Positions 18,962 through 26,426 of a DNA stretch of 64,000 bases are shown here, piece after piece (position 1 is the stretch's first letter; each line of letters opens with the position of its first letter). The notes under the pieces were generated by a model. That model was not told the DNA's origin. It ran no database searches and saw only the letters and a program-made list of their open reading frames with translations. The DNA comes from Deltaproteobacteria bacterium SG8_13. GTDB taxonomy: Bacteria > Desulfobacterota > Desulfobacteria > Desulfobacterales > SG8-13. A program made the position numbers and the translations under genes. The stretch lies in NCBI GenBank assembly GCA_001303025.1, contig LJNK01000015.1:14374-78373 (forward strand), read 5' to 3'.

Positions 18962-19483
18962 CTACTTTTTTCGGGTACCGAGGGATTTGATGTAAGCGAT
19001 GATCTCCCAGCGCTTGTCGATGGAAACGGTGGTTGCCAGCGCCGGCTGTCGCCCGGTTCCACCGATGCCGTAGCTGATGTGCTGAAACAGGTAACCGGAT
19101 GACTGCTGCTGGATCTTTCCACTGCGCAAGTCGGTGGGCAGCGGCGCAAAACTCTGGCCCACCGTACCGTTGCCGTCGTGCTGCAGACCGTGGCACTGCT
19201 GGCAGTAGGTGAAGTATTGCTTGGCACCCCGGCCGATAACCTCGGCATCGTCCAGCGGCACCGAAGACACGAGACTTTCCGGTGTTGCGGCCCGGTAGAG
19301 CGCTTCTCCGCCTTCAAACGGCACGGTGCCCGGTTCCATGATCAGCAGGGGGTGTTCATAGGGTTTGACCGCCGGCGTTTCGCGCATCCTGCCGTACGAA
19401 AAGTTGTTGTCGTAGAACATCAGTGCTTCATAGGCCACAAAAGCGGCGACCAGGATCAAGATCAGAAACACGAACTTTTTCAT
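18962..19483 (-). CDS. actE: Membrane-anchored monohaem cytochrome c, ActE-like
   Basis: N-terminal TM, M..TPAVKPYE...GTVP pattern, single CQQCH, RWEIIAYI; located in the ACIII operon. Confidence 0.7.
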   Translation of the reverse strand: MKKFVFLILILVAAFVAYEALMFYDNNFSYGRMRETPAVKPYEHPLLIMEPGTVPFEGGEALYRAATPESLVSSVPLDDAEVIGRGAKQYFTYCQQCHGLQHDGNGTVGQSFAPLPTDLRSGKIQQQSSGYLFQHISYGIGGTGRQPALATTVSIDKRWEIIAYIKSLGTRKK

Positions 19484-19711
19484 CTATTCTCCTTTGGCGC
19501 CCTGCACGTGCTGGGGATACGGCAGCGTCTCGTACACGGCATATGGCGACTCGCCGGGAACGTCTCGTATCGGTCGATAATCCCAGCCGGGCTGTCCCAG
19601 GTCTCCCACCACAAAAAACGCAAAAAGTCCCTGGCTCAAGATGATGACCAGCAGAACAAATATCACCACCCAGGATTTCACCTCGGATTCCTTGTGCTCG
19701 ATTGGCTCCAT
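19484..19711 (-). CDS. Small single-pass membrane protein of the ACIII/cbb3 operon
   Basis: 75 aa with one TM; abuts both neighbours (0-1 bp gaps). Confidence 0.7.
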   Translation of the reverse strand: MEPIEHKESEVKSWVVIFVLLVIILSQGLFAFFVVGDLGQPGWDYRPIRDVPGESPYAVYETLPYPQHVQGAKGE

Positions 19712-19712
19712 A

Positions 19713-19988
19713 TTAGATTTTCACCCCCATCAGGCCGTGGACAAGGATGTAGAAAAAAGACCAGATGATCGTTCCCGCAAATATCAACAGCATCGCCAAC
19801 GGAAACGGCGCATTGCGATCCTCGATGTCTTCCGGATAGCGGTAGATGACCCGCTGCTTCCTCGCTTCGGAATCCTCGGTCCGAAAAACCATAAAACCAA
19901 GGGCTATTCCGAAAACGATGATGAAGATCACCGTGGGAAGCGCGACCCACATCAGGTGCTCAAAATTCAACAATGTAAAGTAGCGCAT
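19713..19988 (-). CDS. Small two-TM protein resembling the N-terminal membrane part of CcoP (FixP_N-like)
   Basis: 91 aa, GAGG RBS; YPEDIEDRNAPFP followed by a TM resembles the FixP_N 'DGIEEYDNPLP + TM' pattern; no haem motif. Confidence 0.6.
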   Translation of the reverse strand: MRYFTLLNFEHLMWVALPTVIFIIVFGIALGFMVFRTEDSEARKQRVIYRYPEDIEDRNAPFPLAMLLIFAGTIIWSFFYILVHGLMGVKI

Positions 19989-20017
19989 GGCTCGTTCCTC
20001 AACATCGACCCTGCCGC

Positions 20018-20278
20018 TCAGGGGGCGTAAAAAAGTGAATAGATCAACACGGCCGCACTGGCACCCAGACCGGCCAGGGCCAGCAAAAACAGCCCATACA
20101 TCTCATAGCGGCTGACGCGGGAGGTGCCGGCAGCCGTTTGATCCAGGTCGTCCTCGAGCGGTAAAAACCGGGCGCGCTGCTGATCTCTGAACTGGCCGTT
20201 TTTCAGCGCCCAGATGAAAACCACAATACTGATCACCAGCCCGATGGACATGTATGTGATAAAGTAAGGGAAGTACAC
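20018..20278 (-). CDS. ccoS: cbb3-type oxidase assembly protein CcoS/FixS with an extra C-terminal TM
   Basis: GTG start at 20278 after GGGAG; FIWALKNGQFRD matches the CcoS W..xGQF.D motif. Confidence 0.8.
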   Translation of the reverse strand: MYFPYFITYMSIGLVISIVVFIWALKNGQFRDQQRARFLPLEDDLDQTAAGTSRVSRYEMYGLFLLALAGLGASAAVLIYSLFYAP

Positions 20279-20282
20279 GGGT

Positions 20283-21218
20283 TTATGGCTCCCATGCGGC
20301 ATCGATACCGCGCGGCTCGCTGTTGGCATCGCTTTGGTTGATAAAGTAAACAGCCACGTAGTCGCCGACCTCCCATATTTTCTGCGATTCCAGTTCCCGC
20401 TTGAAATACGGCATGGCCGTTCCGGTGATTCCGTTCATGATCTGGTAGTAGAGGACGCCGCCGGAAACCTCCCTGCCTTTTAGAATCGTAAAATTCAACG
20501 GCGGCGGGTAAATCCATGGCTGGGCCGGTCCCATTCCGTCGCCGACCGGGCCATGACATCCAAGGCAGAAATTCTGGTAGATGACATGGCCCCTGGCCAA
20601 TCCGGCTTCGGTTGTCGGGTAAGGGTTGGGAACATCCCGCCAGCCTTGGGGAACGTTCTCGTTGAGCCATCTCACATTGGCTTCCGGACCGGCCTCATAA
20701 GCCTTGATGGCTTCCTGCTTCCAAAAACGCTGACGCTCCATTCGCCGGTCGGCGGCCTTTAGCCCCAGGCTTTGAACATAAGACGTAAGGGTTGCGACCC
20801 GATCCATTCCTAAAAATTCAAAAGCCGGCATAATGGATACCGGACGCGTGTAGCGCGGGTTGATAAAATGGGCGATATGCCAGTCGTCCGGATGCTCACC
20901 ACCCGCCTGGGAAAGGTCCGGGCCGGTTCGCGCCGAACCCAGCAGTATCGGATGATCCTCCACATAGTCGCCGGCCTGGGCGATTCGGTCTGCCCCCAGT
21001 CCCCAGTCCACCTTGCGTATCGATTGGCTGTGGCAGTATACGCATCCGTTCTGAATGTAGATGAGTCGACCGGCGGCTTCCTCCGAGACCCGCGAGCGGA
21101 AGATTTCCGACGGTACGGTCTGATTGGTGTCGGCATACGGTAATATAACGGCCACGAACACCACTGCGGCCAGCACTAAAAGACTGCCGATCACCACGGC
21201 TTTCGGAGTCATTTTCAT
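20283..21218 (-). CDS. ccoO: cbb3-type cytochrome c oxidase subunit II fused to a second cytochrome c domain
   Basis: GRLIYIQNGCVYCHSQSIR, GSARTGPDL, WH..H..NPR, SIMP; second haem CLGCH with GTAMP axial Met. Confidence 0.92.
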   Translation of the reverse strand: MKMTPKAVVIGSLLVLAAVVFVAVILPYADTNQTVPSEIFRSRVSEEAAGRLIYIQNGCVYCHSQSIRKVDWGLGADRIAQAGDYVEDHPILLGSARTGPDLSQAGGEHPDDWHIAHFINPRYTRPVSIMPAFEFLGMDRVATLTSYVQSLGLKAADRRMERQRFWKQEAIKAYEAGPEANVRWLNENVPQGWRDVPNPYPTTEAGLARGHVIYQNFCLGCHGPVGDGMGPAQPWIYPPPLNFTILKGREVSGGVLYYQIMNGITGTAMPYFKRELESQKIWEVGDYVAVYFINQSDANSEPRGIDAAWEP

Positions 21219-22576
21219 GTGACAGCTTCTCCGGATCTGACGAACAAGGTTCTGACGATGTTGTAAAAACCGAGCGCTGCGCCGATGACCAGAATCAGAC
21301 CCAGCGAAGCGCGGGTAACGTAATATGGATGAATCTGGGGCAAGATTCGATAAACGGTCTCACCATTGAGCCAGCCGTTGCCCTGAATGAGTCCGGCGAT
21401 CGTCAACACCACCGTAAAGCCGATAGAGACGATCAGAACCAGCCAGTATTGGATGTCGGCCAGCAGCCGGCTGTAAAGGGGCCTGCCCGTCACTTTCGGT
21501 AGAATGTAGTAAAGCCCTCCGAGGGCGATCATGCCGGCAAATCCGAGCACCCCGATGTGAGCGTGGGCGACGACCCAGTTGTTGAAATGGGTGACCCGCT
21601 GCACATCCGGAAGCGACATCATGGAGCCCTGGATGCTGACGAAGAAATACATGATGGTGCCGGTGAACACGAATTTGGCGCCGATGTCCGCATGGATCTC
21701 TCCAAGTCTGCCTTTGGCCGTGTACCAAATGTTGATCAGAAACGCCATCACCGGGATGACCATGGCCACGCTGTCGACAATGGCGATGACTTTCAGCCAG
21801 GTCGGGACGGGCACCTGCAGCAGGTGGTGAGTGCCGATATGGGTATACACAACGATCAGTGACCAAAAGCCCAGCAGTGAGAGCGTATGGCTGTATAAGG
21901 GGGCGCGCACGGACCGCGGGATCACATAATAGGTCACACCGGCAGAAAGAGGCGTCAGCAAAAGACCGAACACGTTGTGTCCGTAAAACCAGAGGATAAT
22001 GGCATCGGGGATTCCCACCAGGGCACCGCTGCTCGGCCGCCAGACGATGTTGCCGAGAGCATACGTGCAGGCGGTCAGGATTACCGCAGCCAGCGCGTAC
22101 CAGACGGACACATACAGGACCGGCTCGGTGCGCTGCTTGACGGTCATGATGAAATTGAAAAACACCATCAAAAACACCACAATCACCGCCACATCGATCG
22201 GCCAGATCAGCTCGGCGTATTCGCGGCCCTGGGTGTAACCGAGCATCAGGGTCAAAACAACCGCCACCAGCGCAATATTCCACGCAACAACGGTCACAAC
22301 CCCGAGTCTTTCACTGTAAAGCTCGGTTTTCAGCAGTCTGGGGAAATAGTAAAATGCCGCCGCCAACAGGCCCGGTGTGACAAAACCGAACAGCACGATG
22401 TTGATGTGGATCGGTCGGACTCTACCGAACACCAGCCAGCCGATGTTCTTTGTAAGGTCCGGTGCGACGAGCTCCGTGGCACCGATCAGTCCCATAAGTG
22501 TGCCGACGATCATCCAGAAAGCGGAAGTCAGGCAAAAGCCCTTGGCCGTCTGATAGGTTGGGGATGGATTGGACAA
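21215..22576 (-). CDS. ccoN: cbb3-type (C-family) haem-copper oxidase subunit I
   Basis: FGRVRPIH, GREYAEL, WFYGHN, helix VII Tyr in VVYTHIGTHH, WVVAHAH. Probable TTG start at 22576 after AAGGAG. Confidence 0.93.
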   Translation of the reverse strand: MSNPSPTYQTAKGFCLTSAFWMIVGTLMGLIGATELVAPDLTKNIGWLVFGRVRPIHINIVLFGFVTPGLLAAAFYYFPRLLKTELYSERLGVVTVVAWNIALVAVVLTLMLGYTQGREYAELIWPIDVAVIVVFLMVFFNFIMTVKQRTEPVLYVSVWYALAAVILTACTYALGNIVWRPSSGALVGIPDAIILWFYGHNVFGLLLTPLSAGVTYYVIPRSVRAPLYSHTLSLLGFWSLIVVYTHIGTHHLLQVPVPTWLKVIAIVDSVAMVIPVMAFLINIWYTAKGRLGEIHADIGAKFVFTGTIMYFFVSIQGSMMSLPDVQRVTHFNNWVVAHAHIGVLGFAGMIALGGLYYILPKVTGRPLYSRLLADIQYWLVLIVSIGFTVVLTIAGLIQGNGWLNGETVYRILPQIHPYYVTRASLGLILVIGAALGFYNIVRTLFVRSGEAVT

Positions 22577-22678
22577 ACCTGTTTCTCCTTGAAGCAGAGG
22601 GTTTGGGTTCACGCTTTGCCGATACCCCTGATACATTCGATTACGGAATTTCTTCTGCAAGACTCCTTTATGGCGCAA

Positions 22679-23272
22679 TCAGCTGTGACACGCCAACCAG
22701 CATCCCAGGTTGGCCTTTTTTTCCCGATGGCATTGAATACAAAATTCCATGTAAAAGTAGCGGCCTTTGACCCGGTCCATCGTTTCGATGGCGCCATGGC
22801 ACTGCTGGCACTCGATTTCCTTTTTGATGTGCCGCTGGTGGTTGAACACTACATGCTCGGCCAGGTAATTCGCCTTTACCCACGGTGTCGGCGTCTTGGT
22901 GTTGAAGTAACGGTGCTCTTTCAAAATTTGCGGGTGCTTGGCGATGATGTAATTGTGGCAATAGAGACATTTTTCCACCGGGGGCAAGCCCGGGTGGATC
23001 GAGCTGTCCACATACGGATGGCAAAACTGGCACTGGATGCTCTTGACGCCGACATGCAGCTGATGACTGAACGGGATCGGCTGCTCGGGGCCCATGCGCG
23101 TGCCCGGCGGGGTGTAAATCAGATACAAAGATCCGATCGTCAGCGCCACAAGGACCAGCGTCCAGAAAAAGGCCGCTTTGTTCTGAGACAGCGAAACCCT
23201 GTATTTTCTTGCAAGGATCAGCAACCCAAGGGTCAGTGCGGCCAGCGTTATCAGGGTAATAAGAACTTCCAT
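22679..23272 (-). CDS. actA: Alternative Complex III pentahaem cytochrome c subunit
   Basis: QPIPFSHQLH, CQFCH, CLYCH, VFNHQRH, CQQCH, MEFCIQCH, CWLACH; two N-terminal TMs. Confidence 0.85.
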   Translation of the reverse strand: MEVLITLITLAALTLGLLILARKYRVSLSQNKAAFFWTLVLVALTIGSLYLIYTPPGTRMGPEQPIPFSHQLHVGVKSIQCQFCHPYVDSSIHPGLPPVEKCLYCHNYIIAKHPQILKEHRYFNTKTPTPWVKANYLAEHVVFNHQRHIKKEIECQQCHGAIETMDRVKGRYFYMEFCIQCHREKKANLGCWLACHS

Positions 23273-24465
23273 CAGCGCACCTCCCTTTTCTCAGCGTGCG
23301 CCAACTCCGGAAACTGTGTGAACGCAAACCGGAGCGATGCGAGCATCAATCCCAGGAACCCGAGGCTGATCAGCGCATCGCTGATGCCCAGCGGAAGTTG
23401 CAGCGTTGCATGACTCAGTGGAGGTCCGATCAACAACAGGTGCTCCAGCCAGATCCCGATGATAACGACTGAACAGATGACGAGCATGAATTGGGGCATG
23501 GTTTTGATCTTCCTGTTCAGCAAAATGAAAAACGGCAGCACGAAGCTGACAGCGAAAGTGACCCAGGCCAGGTAGCGCCAAGGGACCATCATGGTGCGCT
23601 CGATCACGTAGGCGGTTTCTTCCGGAATGTTTCCGTACCAGATAACCACCAGTTGCACGTAGAAAAAATCGGCCCAGACCAGGCAAAAGGCAAAGAAGAG
23701 TTTGCCGATGTCGTGGAAATGGGAATCCGACAGCCGAAAATCGGTACGGGGATTCAAATGCATGACGGCTGCCAGGATGATCAACCCCCCCAGGCCGATA
23801 TAAATGGCTTTAACGAACGTATAGGCTCCGAAAAGGGTCGATATCCAGTGAGGGTCCATGGCCATGACCAGATCATAGCCGATCAAGGAGAGCACAAGGG
23901 CAAAGGCCAGCAGGTAGAGGATGCCGAACAGTCCTTTGCGTTTTTTTATCTTCTCGGGATCCTGCGGCCGGTTTTGCTGCAGCCGGTTGAAAATCGAGCG
24001 AATCGGACCCGAACCGTCCGGGGAAATCTCCTTTTGCAGCATGGCGTAGTACAGGTAGGTAAAACCGAATCCATACAGCAGCAGCAGACCGACAAAGTTT
24101 CGTGTGAACACAAACGGAACGTTGAGCCAGATCTCCTTGCCGTGCAGGTCCTGCCCGTGACTCCACGGAAAGACGTGGGAAGATCCGAAAAACAGCACCA
24201 GAAACAGGATGAAGGAGACTGGAAAGAAGCCGGCAAACGCCTCCGACAGCCCCGACAGCGGTCCGCTCCATCGGGCGCGGGTGGTGGTCATCAGCGCGGA
24301 AAACAGCACCGCACCCTGGGCGATGGCCGACCAGAGCAGAAAATTGATCAAATATGCCTGCCAGGCCCTTTCCGGATGACCGCTTGCAATACCGTAAGCA
24401 AAGGTTCCGAAACCGATCGCGACCAGGGCTGCGCTCAGCAGCCAGAAAGATTTTCTCGTGTCCAT
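23272..24465 (-). CDS. actF: Alternative Complex III membrane subunit F (NrfD paralog)
   Basis: About 10 TMs; ARWS, MAMDPHWISTLFG, FHDIGKL, QLVVIWYGNIPEET. Confidence 0.88.
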   Translation of the reverse strand: MDTRKSFWLLSAALVAIGFGTFAYGIASGHPERAWQAYLINFLLWSAIAQGAVLFSALMTTTRARWSGPLSGLSEAFAGFFPVSFILFLVLFFGSSHVFPWSHGQDLHGKEIWLNVPFVFTRNFVGLLLLYGFGFTYLYYAMLQKEISPDGSGPIRSIFNRLQQNRPQDPEKIKKRKGLFGILYLLAFALVLSLIGYDLVMAMDPHWISTLFGAYTFVKAIYIGLGGLIILAAVMHLNPRTDFRLSDSHFHDIGKLFFAFCLVWADFFYVQLVVIWYGNIPEETAYVIERTMMVPWRYLAWVTFAVSFVLPFFILLNRKIKTMPQFMLVICSVVIIGIWLEHLLLIGPPLSHATLQLPLGISDALISLGFLGLMLASLRFAFTQFPELAHAEKREVR

Positions 24466-24500
24466 GGCGATATTTTCTGTGTCGGGTTACATGTTGTCGG

Positions 24501-25004
24501 TTATTCGAAAACTCTTGCCTCCCCGCCGTTACGGGCGAAAAGCGCCAACAAGCCTTCTCGATCCTCGTCGCTGCTGGAAGACAGGATGCCGAAATGTTCA
24601 CCCGAGCAGCGGGGATCGTAATGTTCTAGGTTCTCCATCCGGGGCAGCCGTGAAAGCACGAGCATGCCGATCAGATTGCCGAAGATTGCAAACAGGATGG
24701 TAAATTCAAACCCGACGATGATAAACGGAACCACGGCAACCACCGGCTTCCCGCTGACGATCAGCTCCCATCGCAGCGAAGTGAAAATGGCAAGCGCGAA
24801 GCCGGTGATAAATCCCAGAATCCCCCCGCAGAGCGTAAACCAGCCGACCCTGCTGTCTTTCAAACCGAGGGCATCGGATATCTTGTGGCTCGGAATCGGG
24901 CTATGGGTTCGGTGCAGCGGCCACGAAGATGCTTTCAGCTCACCGATGGCAGCCACTGCCTGATCCTCCCGCTTGAAAAGCCCCATGACGTATTTAGTGG
25001 CCAT
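24501..25004 (-). CDS. actD: Alternative Complex III subunit D (DUF3341)
   Basis: HSPIP, SGKP, FEFTILF, YDPRCS...F; follows actC with overlap. Confidence 0.88.
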   Translation of the reverse strand: MATKYVMGLFKREDQAVAAIGELKASSWPLHRTHSPIPSHKISDALGLKDSRVGWFTLCGGILGFITGFALAIFTSLRWELIVSGKPVVAVVPFIIVGFEFTILFAIFGNLIGMLVLSRLPRMENLEHYDPRCSGEHFGILSSSSDEDREGLLALFARNGGEARVFE

Positions 25005-26310
25005 GGCCCTCTCCTTCGGCGACGGTCTCTTTCATTTCGGTCATGGAAACCGACGGCATATGTTTAACGAAAAGCACAAACAGAAAAAAGAACAAGGAAA
25101 AGGCGCCGAGCATGATCCCCATCTCGATCAATGTGGGGCGGTAAAGGCCCCAGGCGTTGGGTAGAAAACCGTGCCCGACACTTCCGACAATGATCACAAA
25201 GCGCTCGTACCACATCCCGATGTTGACAATGATCGATATGCCGAACAGCCAGGGGATGGTGGTGCGAATTTTTTTGAAAAAGAACAACAGCGGCGTCAGG
25301 GTGTTGCAAATCACCATGATCCAGAAGCCGTAGGCATAGTCCCCGACGGCCCGCCAGCGGAAGGTTTCCATCTCCACCGTGTTGTGGCTGTACCAGGCGA
25401 TAAAATATTCGGTCCCGTAGGCGAAGCCCACGATCAGGCCGGTGAAGATGATTGTTTTGGCCACGCTCTCCAGTACGTGCATGGTGATGATTTTTTCGTA
25501 GTTGAAAATTTTCCGCAGCGGGATCATCAGCGTCAACACCATGGCCAGGCCGGAATGGATCGCGCCGGCGACAAAGTACGGAGCAAAGATCGTCGTGTGC
25601 CAGCCGGGGACGATGCCCAGGGCAAAATCCCAGGAAACGACGCTGTGCACGGAGATGACCAGCGGTGTGGCCAGGGCTGCAAAAAACAGGTAAATACGAA
25701 CGTAATGCCGCCACTGCTCGTGCTCGCCGGTCCAGCCCAGGGAAAGGGTGGTAAAGATCTTTTTGCGCAGGCCGTCGGAGGTGTCCCGAATCCTGGCGAG
25801 ATCCGGCAGCATGCCGGTATACCAGAACAGCGAACTGACCGTCAGGTAGGTGCTGATGGCCACCACATCGAACATCAGCGGTGATTGAAAATTGGGCCAC
25901 AGGGTCCGCTGGTTGGGAAGCGGCAGCATAAAATACACCAGCCATACTCTACCCACGTGAATGAATGGGAACAGACCGGCGGTGCAGACCGCAAATACCG
26001 TCATGGTTTCAGCCGCCCGCGCAATGGGATTGCGCCAGCCGGCTCGGAAAAGATGCAAAATGGCGGAGATGAGCGTGCCGGAGTGCGCAATACCGACCCA
26101 GAAGACGAAGTTGATAAGATAGGTCCCCCAGGCGACCGGGATGTTCATGCCGGCCACACCGATACCGGTAAAAATCTGATAAAGCCAGCAGGCGGCGCCC
26201 AGCATGATGCCGAGCGCCAGCAGAAACACAGCCAGCCAGTACCGCCCGGATGCAGGCCGCAGGGTGTCTAGGACCGTCTGGTCAATTTTCGCAAAGGTCA
26301 GTTCGGTCAT
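24994..26310 (-). CDS. actC: Alternative Complex III quinol-binding membrane subunit C (NrfD/PsrC family)
   Basis: NFVFWVGIAHSGTLISAIL, RAAETMT, HVGRVW, SPLMFD, VISVHSVVSWDFA, PGWHTTIFAPYFVAGAIHSG, GMWYERF. Start taken as ATG 26310 (MTELT). Confidence 0.93.
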   Translation of the reverse strand: MTELTFAKIDQTVLDTLRPASGRYWLAVFLLALGIMLGAACWLYQIFTGIGVAGMNIPVAWGTYLINFVFWVGIAHSGTLISAILHLFRAGWRNPIARAAETMTVFAVCTAGLFPFIHVGRVWLVYFMLPLPNQRTLWPNFQSPLMFDVVAISTYLTVSSLFWYTGMLPDLARIRDTSDGLRKKIFTTLSLGWTGEHEQWRHYVRIYLFFAALATPLVISVHSVVSWDFALGIVPGWHTTIFAPYFVAGAIHSGLAMVLTLMIPLRKIFNYEKIITMHVLESVAKTIIFTGLIVGFAYGTEYFIAWYSHNTVEMETFRWRAVGDYAYGFWIMVICNTLTPLLFFFKKIRTTIPWLFGISIIVNIGMWYERFVIIVGSVGHGFLPNAWGLYRPTLIEMGIMLGAFSLFFFLFVLFVKHMPSVSMTEMKETVAEGEGHGH

Positions 26311-26426
26311 GGGTAGGTTCCTGTTCGCTCCGTAAGATCCGTCGAGTCTGCTGCGCATGGGCTGCCGGTTGGCGCGGCCGAAGCTGGTGCCCGCCTCGGC
26401 CTGCCCCACATAACGGGCTCAACAGA

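Noticed and set aside
21215-22576. Subunit I as nitric oxide reductase NorB
   Set aside because: WFYGHN, helix VII Tyr and adjacent ccoO/ccoS/ccoI support a cbb3 oxygen reductase.
21977-23413. 478-aa plus-strand ORF
   Set aside because: Antisense to ccoN and actA; no domain signal.
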